NCBI GenBank assembly: GCA_030599515.1
Contig: JAUVNV010000002.1
Location: forward strand, 1 to 35,688
Source: Acidimicrobiia bacterium
Lineage (GTDB): Bacteria; Actinomycetota; Acidimicrobiia; Spongiisociales; UBA5794
DNA length: 35,688 bases
Direction: 5' to 3'
Shown: in pieces, positions 33,808 through 35,688 of the stretch
Layout of the letters: every line of letters starts with the position of its first letter
Numbering within the stretch: the stretch's first letter is position 1
Notes under the pieces: model-generated
Database searches by the model: none
The model's input: the letters and a program-made list of their open reading frames with translations, nothing else
What the model was told of the DNA's origin: nothing
Made by a program: the position numbers and the translations under genes

Positions 33808-33990
33808 ATGTTGGTGCTGATGGTCCTTGCGATCGGCGTTGCGATGCTGGTGGGGAACGGCTTCGCCGTCTGGCAGCATCACAAGGGCAACAAGCCGAAG
33901 GGCGAGGACGGCGAGTTCAGACCGGCCAGGGCATACTGGCTCATCGCCGTCGGTCTCATCATGACCACCTTGGGTCTCCTCTCCTTCTGA
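33808..33990 (+). CDS. Small two-TM membrane protein (hypothetical)
   Basis: The product reads MLVLMVLAIGVAMLVGNGFAVWQHHKGNKPKGEDGEFRPARAYWLIAVGLIMTTLGLLSF. It is the only part of ORF 32803..33990 that is not antisense to another gene. The start may instead be GTG 33766. Confidence 0.4.
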   Translation: MLVLMVLAIGVAMLVGNGFAVWQHHKGNKPKGEDGEFRPARAYWLIAVGLIMTTLGLLSF

Positions 33991-34027
33991 CCGCAGACGG
34001 AACAGCAGCACTACAATCACCTCCCCC

Positions 34028-34101
34028 GCGGGTGTAGTTCAATGGCAGAACATCAGCTTCCCAAGCTGAATACGGGAGTTCGATTCTCCTCACCCGCTCC
34101 A
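34028..34101 (+). tRNA. tRNA-Gly (anticodon CCC), CCA encoded
   Basis: A cloverleaf can be read directly. Acceptor GCGGGTG/CACCCGC, D stem GTTC/GAAC, anticodon stem TCAGC/GCTGA with loop TTCCCAA, T stem GGGAG/CTCCT with loop TTCGATT, then TCCA. Confidence 0.93.
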
Positions 34102-34178
34102 TCCTGTGCGCCCACGGCCGCGCATACGGGGACTGCAACCCCGGGTTCACTCTTTGGGAGAGGAGTGAGACAGATTCC

Positions 34179-34587
34179 ATGATCGTGAGCCACGCTTCCT
34201 ACCAGGTCCAGCAGATTCAGGATGCCCTCGCCTCCGCCCAGGTGACGGGTTGGGATGTGCTTGCCGCCGTCGTGGTTCTGGTCATCGCCTATCCCGTTGG
34301 CTCTGACAGACTCCATCGCCGGGGTCGAAGACGTCCTGAGCGATCCGGCACCAGCGATCCAGGCATCCGGCTTCCACAACACCGCCATCACGCTGACGGT
34401 CAGCTACTGGTACCCGTCATCCATGTCCTCGGGTTCTTCGGCGACCGATGGCGTGATCCGCGCGGTGAAGAAGGCACTCGCCAACGCTGACATCGAGCCG
34501 GCGTTTCCGACCGTCGAGATCGATCAACGCCCGAGCGCCACCGCGTCCGGGGACACCCCGCACATCGCGTCACACGACAACTCGTAG
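34179..34587 (+). pseudogene. Remnant of a small-conductance mechanosensitive channel (MscS family) gene, internally deleted or frameshifted
   Basis: Frame A (from 34179) gives a short N-terminus with one TM segment (GWDVLAAVVVLVIAYPVG). Frame B (to 34587) gives an MscS-like C-terminal domain (IAGVEDVLSDPAPAIQASGFHNTAITLTVSYWY...VIRAVKKALANADIEPAFPTVEI). The pore and beta domains between them are missing. Confidence 0.45.
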
Positions 34588-34651
34588 GCCCTTTCGAACT
34601 CGGGAACTCGCTATCTGGCGCAGGCAGCGGAGGAGGGCGGCCTGAGCTGGC

Positions 34652-35686
34652 CTACCTGTCGTCACCGACTTCGGTGCGGGTCTCGCCGTCGGCGTCGGAG
34701 TAGATGACGACGATGGCTGGGATGTGCTCCACTTCGACGGTGACCGGCTTGCCGAAGGACTCGGTGAGTGCATCCTCGAGGTCCTGGATTGCCGGAGTGT
34801 TCTCGGGTCCGGTGACGACGATCGACACGTCCGAACCCTTCACCTCGATGCGCCTGAGATTCAGTTCGGGTGAGTCTTCGAGCCAATCCTCTACGGATTC
34901 CTGAGCATTCGCCTGGTGGGCTGCGGCTGTGAGGACGCTCGACACTGTGATGGCGAGCGGGATGGCGATGAGGATCGCAGCGATGCTGACCGTGATCGCT
35001 ACCCGTTTGATCTCGTTCGCGTTCTCTTTGATACGAGAGACGGGAGCGAACCCGGTGAGGGCGAACACGATCATCGCTGCGAGGATGATCGACACGAGAT
35101 TCGTCAAGAACAGCGTAAACGCTCCGAGTGCGTCCCCGAACATCCCGGCGTGCAGGGTCAACCCGACAACGCCGAGCGGCGGCACCAGGGCCACAGCGAT
35201 CGCGACACCCGCGATCGACGCGGAGACCCGTTTGTTCACGTTCGCAAACGCACCCGCCGCACCCGCAGCGAGAGCGATCCCCATGTCGATGATGTTCGGA
35301 CTCACCCTGGACGTGACCTGAGAGTTCGTTGCGAGAGGGATGAGCTGCGGCGCCCACGCACCGATGATGAACGCGAGGCCGATCGATGCACTGACACCAG
35401 CAGCGATCATCCCCAGCGACGCCGTGATCCGGGCGGGCCAACCATTGACCGCACCAGCCGCCGTACCAATGATCGGTGTCATCAACGGTGCGATCAACAT
35501 GGCGCCGATCACCACAGCCGTCGAATCCTGCAAGATCCCGAACGTCGCGATCGCCACCGACAGGAGCAGCATCACCCACCACGCAACGATCTTGTTCGTC
35601 CGATCCGGCTGCTCGAAGTAGAGGCCATCGTCGATCTCGTCCCTACGGTCGTCGCCGACGTCCTGGAGCATCATCCAGTCCCGCAC
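34652..35686 (-). CDS. DUF389 family integral membrane protein (5' end may extend beyond the window)
   Basis: GAMLIAPLMTPIIG and the repeated polytopic layout are typical of DUF389/TIGR00341 proteins. A soluble C-terminal domain is present. The ORF is open to the window edge. Confidence 0.72.
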   Translation of the reverse strand: MRDWMMLQDVGDDRRDEIDDGLYFEQPDRTNKIVAWWVMLLLSVAIATFGILQDSTAVVIGAMLIAPLMTPIIGTAAGAVNGWPARITASLGMIAAGVSASIGLAFIIGAWAPQLIPLATNSQVTSRVSPNIIDMGIALAAGAAGAFANVNKRVSASIAGVAIAVALVPPLGVVGLTLHAGMFGDALGAFTLFLTNLVSIILAAMIVFALTGFAPVSRIKENANEIKRVAITVSIAAILIAIPLAITVSSVLTAAAHQANAQESVEDWLEDSPELNLRRIEVKGSDVSIVVTGPENTPAIQDLEDALTESFGKPVTVEVEHIPAIVVIYSDADGETRTEVGDDR

Positions 35687-35688
35687 GA

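Noticed and set aside
34102-35688. I searched for a direct repeat of the tRNA-Gly 3' end (an att-like site) marking an integrated island.
   Set aside because: No copy of the tRNA 3' segment was seen downstream within the window. No integrase is present either.

Overview
This is a GC-rich, actinobacterial-type chromosomal backbone. The markers are a bS22 micro-protein, a PAC2 protein, a DUF222-HNH protein and many overlapping or coupled start/stop codons. I cannot assign a genus from sequence alone. Gene content is mostly housekeeping. From left to right: metK (3' end), metH, a CysQ/IMPase-family phosphatase, a DUF222-HNH gene, recR-ybaB (minus strand) divergent from dnaX, an NT5C-type deoxyribonucleotidase, phnD-C-E-E, dgt, a membrane protein, an M23 peptidase, a tail-anchored coiled-coil repeat protein, an ABC-2 exporter (ATPase plus two permeases), copZ-copA, and an MBL-rhodanese (CstB-like) protein. 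These are followed by a six-gene group 3b-type [NiFe]-hydrogenase operon (beta, cNMP-binding-like protein, gamma, small subunit, large subunit, protease), PAC2, bS22, a class I glutamine amidotransferase/peptidase C26, thrB coupled to a CDF transporter, two membrane proteins, tRNA-Gly(CCC), an MscS remnant and a DUF389 membrane protein. There is no CRISPR array, IS element, prophage or recognisable defence island. The most unusual signal is non-genic. Almost every convergent or divergent spacer is built from tandem 7-nt units kept in one register. This includes the whole 155-bp ybaB/dnaX spacer and a 203-nt stretch inside the dnaX linker. The arrays share a vocabulary of heptamers in both orientations, including a 19-nt exact inverted match between loci 16 kb apart. 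They resemble the STRR heptamer repeats of heterocystous cyanobacteria, but in a very different genomic background. Secondary observations: a cNMP-binding-like gene embedded in the hydrogenase operon, a 55-nt near-perfect palindrome inside a CDS, perfect 21-nt repeats in a coiled-coil gene, TANNNT -10 boxes about 7 nt from start codons (leaderless look), and several unusual operon couplings.
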